Under the pieces are notes generated by a model. The model was not told the origin of the DNA and ran no database searches. It saw only the letters and a program-made list of their open reading frames with translations. From an uncultured delta proteobacterium (GTDB lineage Bacteria > Desulfobacterota > Binatia > Binatales > Binataceae): DNA of 64,000 nucleotides. Position numbers and translations under genes: made by a program. Numbering within the stretch: position 1 is the stretch's first letter; each line of letters starts with the position of its first letter. Positions 8,806-19,707 of this stretch are shown piece by piece. The stretch spans positions 5,520 to 69,519 of the forward strand of contig CAWAKE010000011.1 of assembly GCA_963782535.1 (NCBI GenBank), read 5' to 3'.

Positions 8806-10482
8806 TTGAACAGATTGCGCACAAACCGGATCGCGAAATTCGCATTACTTATCTTTATGATGCTCTGCATGTCTCTGGTCGACGTGACGCTCGCCGCCCG
8901 TATCGCAAACGCGGATAGCGGCGCTGCAACAATCGAGCGCAATACACTGCCGGTGCTCCGCACTGCACAATTTGTGAGCAGAGCTTCGCGGCGTCGTGTG
9001 ATGAGATTGGTGGTCGGCCTTCAGCTCCGTAATCGCGCCGAGCTCGACGCGATGCTGGTGGACTTGTACGATCCCTCATCTCCGAACTATCGTCACTTTT
9101 TAAGCCCGCAGCAATTCGCCGATAATTTCGCGCCGCCGCGCCGGCAGTACCGGCAGGTGAAGCGCTTTCTGCGCGCGCACGGGCTCGAAGTGACCGGCAG
9201 CTTTTCGAATCGGCTGGCGATCGAGGTGCGTGGTACGGTGGGCCAGGTCGAGCGCGCGTTCGGCGTCAATATCAACAGTTACGCTGCCGCCGGGCGGACA
9301 TTTTTCGCCAACGATCGCGATCCCCAGGTGCCGGCCGAGTTTGCCGGCGTGATCGGTTCGGTGGCCGGACTCGATAACTTCGTCGAATTACACGCCCATT
9401 CGCGACGGTCGGGTAAAGCCGCGGCGCCGGCCAGCGGCAGCGCGACGCCGGTTGGCTACACCCCGCAGCAAATCGCGACGGCCTACGATTATTCGTCGGC
9501 CTACGCCAACGGCTACAACGGCGCCGGTACGACGATCGCGATCGCGACCGCGAACACCTTCAAGGCTTCCGACGTAGCCGCGTTCTGGAATGCGTTTGGC
9601 GTGAGCGCGCCCGACTACACGATTATCAAGGTGGGCGGCTCCAGCCATAAGGCCGACCCCGAGACCACGCTTGACCTCGAGCGCGCCGGCGCGATGGCTC
9701 CGGGCGCGAAGATTCTGGTGTACGAGGGCGCCAACGGCCGCAACAGCACGTTCGAGGCGGTTTACAACCGAATCGTCGCGGAGAACAAGGCCTCGGTGGT
9801 CACGACCAGCTGGGGTCTGTGCGAGCAGCAGATGCCGCCGGCGCTGCTCACGCTCGACAACAATATTTTTGCGGAGGCGGCGGCGCAGGGCCAGGCGTGG
9901 TTCGCGGCTTCCGGCGACGACGGCGCGTACGATTGCGGCGGCCGCTCGACGCTTGCGGTCGATTATCCGGCGTCGGATCCCAACGTAGTCGCGGTGGGGG
10001 GGACGACCCTGACGCTGGACGCTAACGGCGAAATTTCCGGCGAGGTCGCCTGGGGCCTGAGCGGTGGCGGCGTCAGCGGCCTGTTCGCGCAGCCCCCGTT
10101 CGCTTACGGGCCCGGCGTGACCACCGCATACTCCGACGGTAATCGGCAGGTCGCCGACGTCGCGCTCGATTCCAATCCGATTACCGGCTACCCGGTTTAT
10201 TTCAAGGATTCGTGGTACGAGTATGGCGGGACGAGCTTCGCAGCGCCGCAATGGGCCGCGATCTTCGCGCTGATCAACGGCGCGCGCGGGACCGTCGGTG
10301 CGGTTGGAGCGGGTGGCCCGAATATCTACGGGCTCGCCAATGGCGCGATGCCCGAGCCGTATCCGGCGTTCAATGATGTCCAAAGCGGCATCAACGGCTA
10401 CTATCAAGCCGGCGCGGGCTGGGATTTCGCCACCGGATGGGGCAGTCCACGGGTGTGGAACCTCGTTCGGGATCTGTTGTAG
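8806..10482 (+). CDS. secreted S53 (sedolisin/kumamolisin-type) serine peptidase with pro-domain
   Basis: N-terminal signal-like segment (KFALLIFMMLCMSLVDVTLAARIANA), a pro-kumamolisin-type activation region (YRHFLSPQQFADNFAP) and the serine nucleophile motif GGTSFAAPQWAA. The start (TTG 8806) is uncertain. Confidence 0.85.
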   Translation: MNRLRTNRIAKFALLIFMMLCMSLVDVTLAARIANADSGAATIERNTLPVLRTAQFVSRASRRRVMRLVVGLQLRNRAELDAMLVDLYDPSSPNYRHFLSPQQFADNFAPPRRQYRQVKRFLRAHGLEVTGSFSNRLAIEVRGTVGQVERAFGVNINSYAAAGRTFFANDRDPQVPAEFAGVIGSVAGLDNFVELHAHSRRSGKAAAPASGSATPVGYTPQQIATAYDYSSAYANGYNGAGTTIAIATANTFKASDVAAFWNAFGVSAPDYTIIKVGGSSHKADPETTLDLERAGAMAPGAKILVYEGANGRNSTFEAVYNRIVAENKASVVTTSWGLCEQQMPPALLTLDNNIFAEAAAQGQAWFAASGDDGAYDCGGRSTLAVDYPASDPNVVAVGGTTLTLDANGEISGEVAWGLSGGGVSGLFAQPPFAYGPGVTTAYSDGNRQVADVALDSNPITGYPVYFKDSWYEYGGTSFAAPQWAAIFALINGARGTVGAVGAGGPNIYGLANGAMPEPYPAFNDVQSGINGYYQAGAGWDFATGWGSPRVWNLVRDLL

Positions 10483-10575
10483 CCTCGGATGCGTTGCATC
10501 GTAATTTCAGGTAATATTAAACAGTGATTCGGGCGCTGGCAGCCAGCCGGGCGCCCTTTGGATCGGGAGGCTTCG

Positions 10576-10965
10576 ATGTCAGAGGAATTCCAGCAGCAGG
10601 ACGCGAACTCCATTGGCAACAGCGCGGCCGAGGCGTTGCCGGGCGTTAAGCTAACGCCCAAGGCGATCGCGGCAGTGCGCAAGATGATTGAGAAGGAAGG
10701 ACTCGGCGCCGACCAGGGGCTTAGAATTTCGGTGGTTGGCGGCGGATGTTCGGGTTTTCAATATTCGCTCGGCTTCGACGAACGCAAGGACGGCGATACG
10801 CTTACCGTGCTTGAGGGCGTCAACGTCTTCGTCGACGAGATTTCGCTGCCTTATATCGCGGGGACTACGCTCGATTATGTCGAAGGCCTGCACAACGCGG
10901 GTTTTCGTTTCGACAATCCGCGCGCCAGCCGCACCTGCGGATGCGGTTCGTCGTTCAGCGCGTAA
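10576..10965 (+). CDS. erpA: HesB/IscA/ErpA-family iron-sulfur cluster insertion protein
   Basis: Has CSGFQY plus the C-terminal CGCGSSF cysteine signature. GGGAGG lies 5 nt before ATG 10576, so the TTG 10558 extension is not needed. Confidence 0.85.
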   Translation: MSEEFQQQDANSIGNSAAEALPGVKLTPKAIAAVRKMIEKEGLGADQGLRISVVGGGCSGFQYSLGFDERKDGDTLTVLEGVNVFVDEISLPYIAGTTLDYVEGLHNAGFRFDNPRASRTCGCGSSFSA

Positions 10966-11218
10966 AGCTCAATCAAGTGTGCGCCGCCGGCGGTGCGCGC
11001 GGGTATCGACCCCGGGCCACCGCCGAGTTGCGTGATCGCCAACAGTCATCGGCAGATGCGCACGCGCCGGCGCATCGGGCAGCTCCAGTGCATCGTCGAA
11101 GCGAGCGCGGATGCGGATCCAGGCTCGCATCCGCTGGAGACGTGTGTAGCGATTTTGGGTGCATGCGCGGTAAATCCGCTGCGACAATGCAATCTCAGGT
11201 GCGAGTAGGGTATCCCCG

Positions 11219-11965
11219 GTGAAAGACCTCGACGGCAAAGGCATCATCGTGACTGGCGCGACGCGTGGTATCGGACGTGCGATCGCGATCGAGGCGGCGC
11301 GGCGCGGCGCCAACGTGGCGTTCAACTACCTCAAGAGCGAGGGGCCGGCGGAGGAACTCAAGGGCGAGATCGAGGCGCTCGGATGTAAGGCGCTCGCCGC
11401 GCAAGTCGACGTCGGCGATTTGAAGGCCGTGCGCGAAATGGTCACTGCCGTCAAAGGTGCGTTCGGCCGTATCGACGGGCTGGTGAACAACGCCGGCCTG
11501 ACGCGCGACAAGCTATTGATGATGATGAGCGAGGACGATTGGTCCCAGGTCATCGCCACCAATCTGACCGGCGCATTCAATTTCGCACGCGCCTCGGTCT
11601 TTATGATGATGAAGGCCAAGCGCGGCTCGATCATCAACGTGACCTCGGTCAGCGGACTGGTCGGGATGCCGGGACAGGTCAACTACTCGGCCTCGAAGGC
11701 GGGGCTGATCGGGATGACCAAGGCGATGGCGAAGGAGCTTGGCCGGCTTGGCGTGCGGGTCAACGCACTGGCCCTGGGCTTTATCGAGACCGACATGACC
11801 GCGGCGCTGCCCGAAGAGAGTCGCACGGCCGCGCTCAACATGATTCCGCTCGGCCGCTTTGGCCAGGTCGAGGACGTGGCGCCGATGGCTGCGTTTCTGC
11901 TATCGGACGCTGCGGCCTATATCACCGGCGCCGTCATCCAAGTTGACGGCGGCCTCGCGATGTAG
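11219..11965 (+). CDS. fabG: 3-oxoacyl-ACP reductase-like SDR
   Basis: Has TGATRGIGRAIA (cofactor loop), NNAG, and YSASKAG (catalytic Y-x3-K). 248 aa with a GTG start. Confidence 0.8.
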   Translation: MKDLDGKGIIVTGATRGIGRAIAIEAARRGANVAFNYLKSEGPAEELKGEIEALGCKALAAQVDVGDLKAVREMVTAVKGAFGRIDGLVNNAGLTRDKLLMMMSEDDWSQVIATNLTGAFNFARASVFMMMKAKRGSIINVTSVSGLVGMPGQVNYSASKAGLIGMTKAMAKELGRLGVRVNALALGFIETDMTAALPEESRTAALNMIPLGRFGQVEDVAPMAAFLLSDAAAYITGAVIQVDGGLAM

Positions 11966-12093
11966 CGGAGGTGTGGGCTAATGAGATCGAAGTCGAGCAA
12001 CATTGTGAATCGCCGAAACCAATCAGTCTTGAAGGACAGGATAACGCTATTGATGATTCCAGCAGGTATTTAGCGGTGACCAACAGAGAGACG

Positions 12094-12585
12094 ATGTTCG
12101 AAGAACAGGAAGCACCGCAGGCGTCGCGCGAGTTGGCGGAACTCAAGACTTCGCCCGACTACGTCGCACCGTTTGAAATAATCCGGCGCCGGGTGATCGA
12201 CGACAACTACGAAGGCCGCATGACCTGCGACGCGACGCTGGTGATCCGTATCGGCGATACCGAGGATTCTGAAGCCGCACGCGGCGTCGGCGTGGTGCAT
12301 GCGCTCGACGTCGCGCTGCGCAAGGCGCTGCTCAAACATTTTCCGTTCCTGAGCGAAGTCAGGGTGACCGAGACTTACGCCCATGCGACCGGCGAATCGA
12401 CCGAAGCCGACGTCATCGCGGTCAACAAGTTCTCCGACGGCAAGCTGGCCTGGACCACCCTGGCAAAGTCCGCCAACACTATCGAGGCGCGCTGGCAATC
12501 GCTGCTCGATGGTTACGAATGGCGTATCGTACGCGAGCAGATGCGCTTGCAGCGCATGAGCCGCATCCCGGCCGACAAGCGCTGA
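12094..12585 (+). CDS. stand-alone LeuA/CimA allosteric (dimerisation) domain-like protein
   Basis: The block GVGVVHALDVALRKALLKHFPFLSEVRVTETYAHATGESTEADVIAVNKFSDGKLAWTTLAKSANTIEARWQSLLDGYEW resembles the C-terminal regulatory domain of 2-isopropylmalate/citramalate synthases. The 5' part of ORF 11971.. is visibly AT-richer, so the start is taken at ATG 12094. Confidence 0.55.
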   Translation: MFEEQEAPQASRELAELKTSPDYVAPFEIIRRRVIDDNYEGRMTCDATLVIRIGDTEDSEAARGVGVVHALDVALRKALLKHFPFLSEVRVTETYAHATGESTEADVIAVNKFSDGKLAWTTLAKSANTIEARWQSLLDGYEWRIVREQMRLQRMSRIPADKR

Positions 12586-12613
12586 TCAGCGCGCACACCG
12601 GAGTCGCGACGCC

Positions 12614-13060
12614 GTGGACCTTCCGCAACCGCTAGCCACGATTCAGCCGGACGGCGGCCGCGCCCGCCCCGGGCGCATCGCGGTCATCTACGACGGCGAG
12701 TGCAGCCTGTGCCGCGTCAGTGCCGAAGCGGTCCGCATGTTCGACAACTCCGACGCGATCGATCTGATCGACCTGCACGATGCCGAGGCCCGCGCGCAAT
12801 TTCCGGAGTTGACGATCGAGGCCCTGATGGAGGAGCTGCACGTGGTTGACGATAGCGGCCGCGTCACCCGCGGCGCCCGTGCGGTCAACGAAGTTTTGCG
12901 CCGGCAACGCGGCGTGCGCGGATGGCTGGCGTATATGTGGTACATCCCGGGCTACGCGTGGCTCGCCGACCGCCAATACAAGAAGATCGCGCGATCGCGC
13001 TACGGCGTCGATTGCGTGGGCCGCCGCGTCAAACCCTCCGCCGCCGCCCGCGACGCCTGA
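12614..13060 (+). CDS. thiol-disulfide oxidoreductase DCC (DUF393) family protein
   Basis: Has the hallmark VIYDGECSLCR (C-x-x-C near the N-terminus). The size of 148 aa fits. Confidence 0.8.
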   Translation: MDLPQPLATIQPDGGRARPGRIAVIYDGECSLCRVSAEAVRMFDNSDAIDLIDLHDAEARAQFPELTIEALMEELHVVDDSGRVTRGARAVNEVLRRQRGVRGWLAYMWYIPGYAWLADRQYKKIARSRYGVDCVGRRVKPSAAARDA

Positions 13061-13183
13061 TCGGTTCGTGCACCTGGACGCCGCAATTCAGTCCAGTTGC
13101 GCATGGCATATACACCATCGCCCGAGTCGCGCGACGGCTTGTGAGCGGTAGGAACGCACGCTAGGCTTGAGCGTATCGCGACC

Positions 13184-14680
13184 GTGAAACCCTTTCATAT
13201 TTTCAACACACTCTCCCGCAGCGTCGAGGAATTTCGTCCGTTTCATCCGGGCAACCCGGACCAGGTGGGCCAAGCGCCGGACGCGACCTTTTATTCGTGC
13301 GGGCCGACGGTCTATCTGCCGCAACATCTCGGCAACATGCGCGCCTATGTCTTCGTCGATACGCTGCGCCGTGCGCTCGAGTTCAACGGCTATCGCGTGC
13401 GCCACGTGATGAATATCACCGACGTCGGCCACATGACCTCCGACGCCGACGCCGGCGAGGACAAGATCGAAAAGACCGCGCGCGCCCAGGGCAAAGATCC
13501 GATCGAAGTCGCGGATTTCTATATTTTACAATTCAAAGCCGATTGCGCGAAGCTCAATATCGAGTTGCCGCCCGACGCCGCGCCGCTCGCCGCGCCGCAT
13601 CCGCCGCAAAGTGCGCTGTGCCGCGCGACCGATAACGTCCCGGCGATGATCGGCGTGATCGAACGAATCATCGCGCACGGCTACGGTTACGTCACGCCGT
13701 CGGGAGTTTACTTCGACGTCGAGCGCTGGCGCGGACCCGGCGGCGTGGGGCGCCTCTCGCGCCAGAGCCTCGGCGAGCAGCACGCTGCGCAGCGCCTCGA
13801 ACATTCGCCGGACAAGCGCAGCCCGCACGATTTCGCGCTGTGGGTGCTCAACCAGCCGCATCACATGATGCAATGGGAGTCGCCGTGGGGCCGCGGCTAT
13901 CCCGGATGGCATATCGAATGTTCCGCCATGTCGATGAAGTATCTCGGCGAGACCATCGATATCCATTCGGGCGGCCTCGACCACATCCCGGTGCATCACG
14001 AGAACGAGATCGCGCAATCGGAGAGCGCCAGCGGTCATCCGTTCGTGCGCTACTTCGTGCACAACGCGTTTCTGACCGGGATGGCGGGGGCGAAAATCAG
14101 CAAGAGCGCAGGCAAATTTCCGGTGGTCGCGGATTTGGAAGCGGCGGGAATCAACCCGCTCGCGTTTCGCTTGTTTTGCTTCGGTGCGAAGTATCGCTCG
14201 GAGTTGGCGTTCAACCTCGACGCGGTGCGCGCCGCCGAAAAGAATGTAGCTTACCTCGATGAGTTTGCGCGGAACCTGGGAGAGGACACTATCCAAAGCA
14301 CGGAAGACGCCGCATGGACCGCCGGCTATGAAGAGCGCTTTCGCGATGCGCTCAATAACGACCTGAACACCGCGCAGGCGCTTGCCGTGGTTCTCGATAT
14401 GGTCGCGGAAGCGCGCCGCCGCAACGATCAGCGGATATGGAAGACGCTTCAGAAGTTCGATCGGGTGCTCGGTCTAGACCTCGCGCGGAGACTCGATGAG
14501 GTACGCTGCGGTTCGTATCCCGCCAATGTGCGCAAGCTGATTGAAGAGCGCGAAGCCGCACGCGCCGCAAAAAATTTCAAACGCTCCGATGAATTGCGCA
14601 ACGAGATCGACGCCCTGGGTTATGAAGTGAAGGACACCAAGGCCGGTATGGCGATCATGCCCAAGCGACAATCGCCTTGA
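13184..14680 (+). CDS. cysS: cysteine--tRNA ligase
   Basis: Has FYSCGPTVYLPQHLGNMR (HIGH-type region), NITDVGH, WHIECS and KISKSAG (KMSKS). 498 aa with a GTG start. Confidence 0.95.
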   Translation: MKPFHIFNTLSRSVEEFRPFHPGNPDQVGQAPDATFYSCGPTVYLPQHLGNMRAYVFVDTLRRALEFNGYRVRHVMNITDVGHMTSDADAGEDKIEKTARAQGKDPIEVADFYILQFKADCAKLNIELPPDAAPLAAPHPPQSALCRATDNVPAMIGVIERIIAHGYGYVTPSGVYFDVERWRGPGGVGRLSRQSLGEQHAAQRLEHSPDKRSPHDFALWVLNQPHHMMQWESPWGRGYPGWHIECSAMSMKYLGETIDIHSGGLDHIPVHHENEIAQSESASGHPFVRYFVHNAFLTGMAGAKISKSAGKFPVVADLEAAGINPLAFRLFCFGAKYRSELAFNLDAVRAAEKNVAYLDEFARNLGEDTIQSTEDAAWTAGYEERFRDALNNDLNTAQALAVVLDMVAEARRRNDQRIWKTLQKFDRVLGLDLARRLDEVRCGSYPANVRKLIEEREAARAAKNFKRSDELRNEIDALGYEVKDTKAGMAIMPKRQSP

Positions 14681-14772
14681 ACAAAGCGCGGTGCGTCTCC
14701 TACAATCGCACCACGTAAATTGTCCCTTGCGCGGGAGTCGTCAAACTCCACTCAAGACGCTATAGGTGATCG

Positions 14773-15645
14773 ATGGCGATTGAACTGAAAAAATTCGACA
14801 CGCGGATGGGCACCCACGAGGGGCCCGAAGTCCGCCATCTCGACCCTGCGGCGACTCCCTTCTACCTGCCCATTGACGACGAAGTGGAAATCTTTTCGGC
14901 CGCTTACCGGGCGCGCCTGCCGGTGTTGCTCAAGGGTCCCACCGGATGCGGTAAGACGCGCTTCGTCGAGCACATGGCGCATTATCTGGCCACGCTCGAA
15001 AACGGCCCCAACGAACTGATCACCGTCGCCTGCCACGAAGATCTCACTGGCAGCGACCTGGTCGGGCGTTTCCTGATTCAGGCCGACGAAACCGTATGGG
15101 TTGACGGGCCGCTGACGCAGGCCGTGCGCCGCGGCGCGATTTGCTACCTCGACGAAATCGTCGAGGCACGCAAGGACACCACCGTCCTGATCCATCCGCT
15201 CTCGGATCACCGGCGCATCCTGCCGATCGAAAAACGCGGCGAAACGATCGAAGCGCACGACGGCTTCCTGCTGGTGATTTCCTACAATCCCGGCTACCAG
15301 AGCATCCAGAAAAACCTGAAGCATTCGACCCGCCAGCGCTTCGTCACGATCGAATTCAACTATCCGCCGGCCGAGAAGGAAGTCGAAATCATCGCGCATG
15401 AGGCGGGCGTCTCGCACGAGATGGCCTATCAACTCGCGCTGCTTGGCGAGAAGGTCCGCCACCTCAAGGCCTCGGGCCTCGAAGAAGGCGTCTCGACCCG
15501 CTTGCTGATTTACGCCGGTGAACTCATTCAGCAGGGCATCTCGCCACGGCGCGCCGCGACCGTCGCGGTCACCTGGTCGCTGACCGACGAGCACGACAGC
15601 AAGCGCGCGATCGACGAGGTGGTCAAGGCGATCATGCCGGAGTAG
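14773..15645 (+). CDS. CbbQ/NirQ/NorQ/GvpN-family MoxR-like AAA+ ATPase
   Basis: Has Walker A GPTGCGKT, Walker [11 protein letters not shown] and the CbbQ-type C-terminal region. The 290 aa length is characteristic of the family. Confidence 0.9.
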   Translation: MAIELKKFDTRMGTHEGPEVRHLDPAATPFYLPIDDEVEIFSAAYRARLPVLLKGPTGCGKTRFVEHMAHYLATLENGPNELITVACHEDLTGSDLVGRFLIQADETVWVDGPLTQAVRRGAICYLDEIVEARKDTTVLIHPLSDHRRILPIEKRGETIEAHDGFLLVISYNPGYQSIQKNLKHSTRQRFVTIEFNYPPAEKEVEIIAHEAGVSHEMAYQLALLGEKVRHLKASGLEEGVSTRLLIYAGELIQQGISPRRAATVAVTWSLTDEHDSKRAIDEVVKAIMPE

Positions 15646-15666
15646 GTGCATCCGTCCGCACCGGGA

Positions 15667-15716
15667 CGGAAGCGGAGAAGATTCGTGAAACCTTCGAACG
15701 GTTTCGCACTTTCCAC
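15667..15716 (-). repeat. dispersed hairpin repeat, degenerate copy B1 (reverse orientation)
   Basis: GGAAGCGGAGAAGATTCGTGAAACCTTCGAACGGTTTCGCACTTTCC aligns with the reverse-orientation copy at 27025 (GGAACGCAGAACTGTAATTTTCTGAAACCTCACGAGGTTTCCGACTTCCC). Confidence 0.55.
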
Positions 15717-15801
15717 GCTGACACTCTGGCGGAGACCAGGGCGCAGCGGGCCGACGAGTCCGCGCGGCGCATGAACCGGGCATTTGAAATTCGAGGTTTT
15801 T

Positions 15802-15889
15802 CCAGGGCGAAGCCTGCATCTTACAAACGGGAAGTTTGAAACCTCGCTGAGGTTTCATTGAAAACTACAATGTTGAGTTCTTCACCAAC
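15802..15889 (+). repeat. dispersed hairpin repeat, copy B2 (forward orientation)
   Basis: The sequence is CCAGGGCGAAGCCTGCATCTTACAAACGGGAAGTTTGAAACCTCGCTGAGGTTTCATTGAAAACTACAATGTTGAGTTCTTCACCAAC. The leading 25 nt also match copy D. Confidence 0.8.
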
Positions 15890-15918
15890 TTCCCCACCAG
15901 CGCCTGATCGGCGAGTCT

Positions 15919-16986
<1,068 letters not shown>

Positions 16987-17005
16987 GCAAGCAGAACATT
17001 CGTCT

Positions 17006-17788
17006 ATGAATTCATTGAACGAGCTATTTTCACTGCGCGGGCACGTCGGTATCGTGACCGGCGCGTCGTCGGGACTGGGCGTCGAATGCGCGCATGCGTT
17101 GGCGCTGGCCGGAGCGGACGTTGCGCTGGCGGCGCGCCGCGGCGATCGGCTCGAGCCGCTCGCAGCCGAACTCCAGAACCAATACGGCATGCGCGCGATC
17201 GGCGTGCAGACCGACATCACCGCAGATGCCGACCTCGATCGCCTGGTCGAGACCTGCACGGCGAAGCTCGGGCTCCCCGACATCCTGGTCAACAACGCCG
17301 GGATTTCTCCCACCGGCCGCGCCGAGAGCCTGCCGCGCGCCACCTGGGACGACGCTCTCGCGACCAATCTCACCGCGCCCATGATGCTCGCGCAACGCGT
17401 CGCCCGCGGACTGATCGAAGCCAAACGGCCCGGCCGCATCATCAATATGAGTTCGATTTACGGGATCGTCGCGAGTTCGATCTATCGGCTCTCGGCCTAC
17501 ACCGCGAGCAAGGCCGGGCTGGCCAATCTGACGCGCCAGCTCGCCGTCGAATGGGCGCAATACGGGATTCTGGTCAACGCGATCGCGCCCGGATGGATTC
17601 CCACCGAAGCCACCGAAGGCGGCATGGCGAAGCCGCAAAATCGCGAGCGGATGGAGCGTTCGACGCCGCTCGGACGCCTCGGGCTGCCGCAAGAAATTCG
17701 CGGTGCGGTGGTCTATCTCGCGAGCCCGGCGTCGAGCTACGTCACCGGCGCGGTGCTGTCGATCGATGGCGGTTACGCTTCGTGGTGA
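17006..17788 (+). CDS. SDR family oxidoreductase
   Basis: Start taken at ATG 17006 (MNSLNELFSLRGHVGIVTGASSGLG). Has NNAG and YTASKAG. The upstream part of ORF 16943.. overlaps ltaE. Confidence 0.85.
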   Translation: MNSLNELFSLRGHVGIVTGASSGLGVECAHALALAGADVALAARRGDRLEPLAAELQNQYGMRAIGVQTDITADADLDRLVETCTAKLGLPDILVNNAGISPTGRAESLPRATWDDALATNLTAPMMLAQRVARGLIEAKRPGRIINMSSIYGIVASSIYRLSAYTASKAGLANLTRQLAVEWAQYGILVNAIAPGWIPTEATEGGMAKPQNRERMERSTPLGRLGLPQEIRGAVVYLASPASSYVTGAVLSIDGGYASW

Positions 17789-17985
17789 CACGGCCGCGCG
17801 ATCGTCGGGCGGCGTCGAAGCCGCGCGCCATCGCGCGCCGTCCGGATCCAGGCAGGCATCCTGCAAATTTCCGAAGGCATTCCGGTTGACTCTGTTCTGC
17901 GCCCGGAATAGTCGGTCAGTCGTCTAAAAGCTCGCGAACGGATCTGCGCGAGGCCGGGTTCCGGCCGCGCGGCAAAATAGCTGCG

Positions 17986-19431
17986 ATGGAGGCGACGGCG
18001 GGTATGAGGGAACAGCTCTTCAGACGCAAACCGGTCAAGGCCTTGCTGGCCGACGCCGCTCCGCATGCGGGCGGTCTCAAGCGAGCGCTGGGCGCGTTCG
18101 ATCTGACGCTGCTCGGCATCGGCGCGATTATCGGCGCAGGAATCTTCGTGCTGACCGGCGTGGCCGCGGCCGAATACGCCGGCCCTGCGGTCACGATGTC
18201 GTTCGTGATCGCCGGCTTTGCATGCGCGATGGCGGCGCTGTGCTATGCCGAATTCGCCGCGATGATTCCGGTGGCCGGCAGCGCCTATTCTTATTCTTAC
18301 GCGACCATGGGCGAGCTGATCGCCTGGATCATCGGCTGGGACCTCGTGCTCGAATACGCGGTTGCGGCGGCCGCGGTGGCCGTCGGATGGTCGGGCTATC
18401 TCAACGTCATTCTACTCGGCATGGGAATTCACCTGCCGGCCGCCCTCACGCATGCGCCGGCCGCGGGCCATCTGCTCCAGATCGATCTGCCGGCGCTTCT
18501 GATCGTGCTGACCATGTCAGCGGTCCTTTACATTGGAATCTCCGAGAGCGCACGGCTCAATTCGATAATCGTAATGGTCAAGCTGGCCGCGATCGCGGTA
18601 GTGATCCTGGTCGGGGTGTTTTACGTGCGGCCGGCCAACTGGACGCCTTACGCGCCGTTCGGATGGAACGGCGTGGTGCGTGGTGCGGCGATAATCTTCT
18701 TCGCGTACATCGGATTCGACGCGGTCTCGACCGCCGCCGAAGAGGTGAAAAATCCGCAGCGCGACCTTCCGATCGGCATCCTCGCTTCGCTCTTCGTCTG
18801 CACCGCGCTGTATATCATCGTCGCCGCGATCCTGACCGGGATGGTTCCGGCTAGCGTGATCGATATCAAGGCACCGCTGGCCTCGGCCTTCGTCCTGCGC
18901 GGGTTGAATTTTGTCGCCGGTATCGTTTCCGCCGGCGCCGTGGCCGGGCTGACCTCGGTGATGCTGGTGCTGCTGCTCGGCCAGTCGCGAATCTTTTTTG
19001 CGATCTCGCGCGACGGCCTGCTACCGCCCGCCTTCAGCCGGGTCCATCCGCGCTTCCGTACGCCCTACATTCCCACCATCATCACTGGAATCGCGGTGGG
19101 CGTCACCGCTGCGCTGCTGCCGATCCAGGAAATCGCCGAGTTGACCAATATCGGTACGCTCTTCGCCTTCGTCCTGGTCTGCCTCGGCATCTGGATTCTT
19201 CGCTATATCGAGCCCGAAATGAGGCGCCCGTTCCATACGCCGCTGGTGCCGTTGGTGCCGATCCTCGGCGCGCTGTTTTGCGGCTACCTGATGCTGCAAC
19301 TTCCCACGGTCACGTGGATTCGGTTCTTCCTCTGGATGGCGCTCGGGATGGGCATCTACTTCGGTTACGGGCGCTTCCATAGCGTGGTCGATGCGGCGAC
19401 CAATGACAGCGACCGCGCCGCGCTAAGCTAG
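17986..19431 (+). CDS. APC-superfamily amino acid permease
   Basis: 481 aa with about 12 hydrophobic segments and the N-terminal signature LGAFDLTLLGIGAIIGAGIFVLTG typical of cationic amino-acid transporter-type permeases. Confidence 0.85.
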   Translation: MEATAGMREQLFRRKPVKALLADAAPHAGGLKRALGAFDLTLLGIGAIIGAGIFVLTGVAAAEYAGPAVTMSFVIAGFACAMAALCYAEFAAMIPVAGSAYSYSYATMGELIAWIIGWDLVLEYAVAAAAVAVGWSGYLNVILLGMGIHLPAALTHAPAAGHLLQIDLPALLIVLTMSAVLYIGISESARLNSIIVMVKLAAIAVVILVGVFYVRPANWTPYAPFGWNGVVRGAAIIFFAYIGFDAVSTAAEEVKNPQRDLPIGILASLFVCTALYIIVAAILTGMVPASVIDIKAPLASAFVLRGLNFVAGIVSAGAVAGLTSVMLVLLLGQSRIFFAISRDGLLPPAFSRVHPRFRTPYIPTIITGIAVGVTAALLPIQEIAELTNIGTLFAFVLVCLGIWILRYIEPEMRRPFHTPLVPLVPILGALFCGYLMLQLPTVTWIRFFLWMALGMGIYFGYGRFHSVVDAATNDSDRAALS

Positions 19432-19707
19432 GCCCACGAACTGCCGCAGGACTACCGAAGAACTGGCGAAGCCGTGCGGGCGCCGCGTGCCGGCGAGATG
19501 CGCCAATGGCGTCATTGGATCGGCGCGCCGACCGCACGCCGGGCGAACCTTGCAAGGCGTGCTTGGCGGGCGTTAGAATTCTATAGATAGTCTTTAATTT
19601 TCGTGCGCTCCGTTGCGACCGGACACTCTCGGCGATTTTGCGTTCACGATCCGGCAAGCGCGCGGTGATACTTAAAATTCTCGCAAATGAAAGGACGGTG
19701 ACTCGCA

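Noticed and set aside
11104-11135. 8-bp stem hairpin GCGGATGC..GCATCCGC downstream of erpA
   Set aside because: It has a long 12-nt loop and no U-tract on either strand. Not convincing as a terminator.
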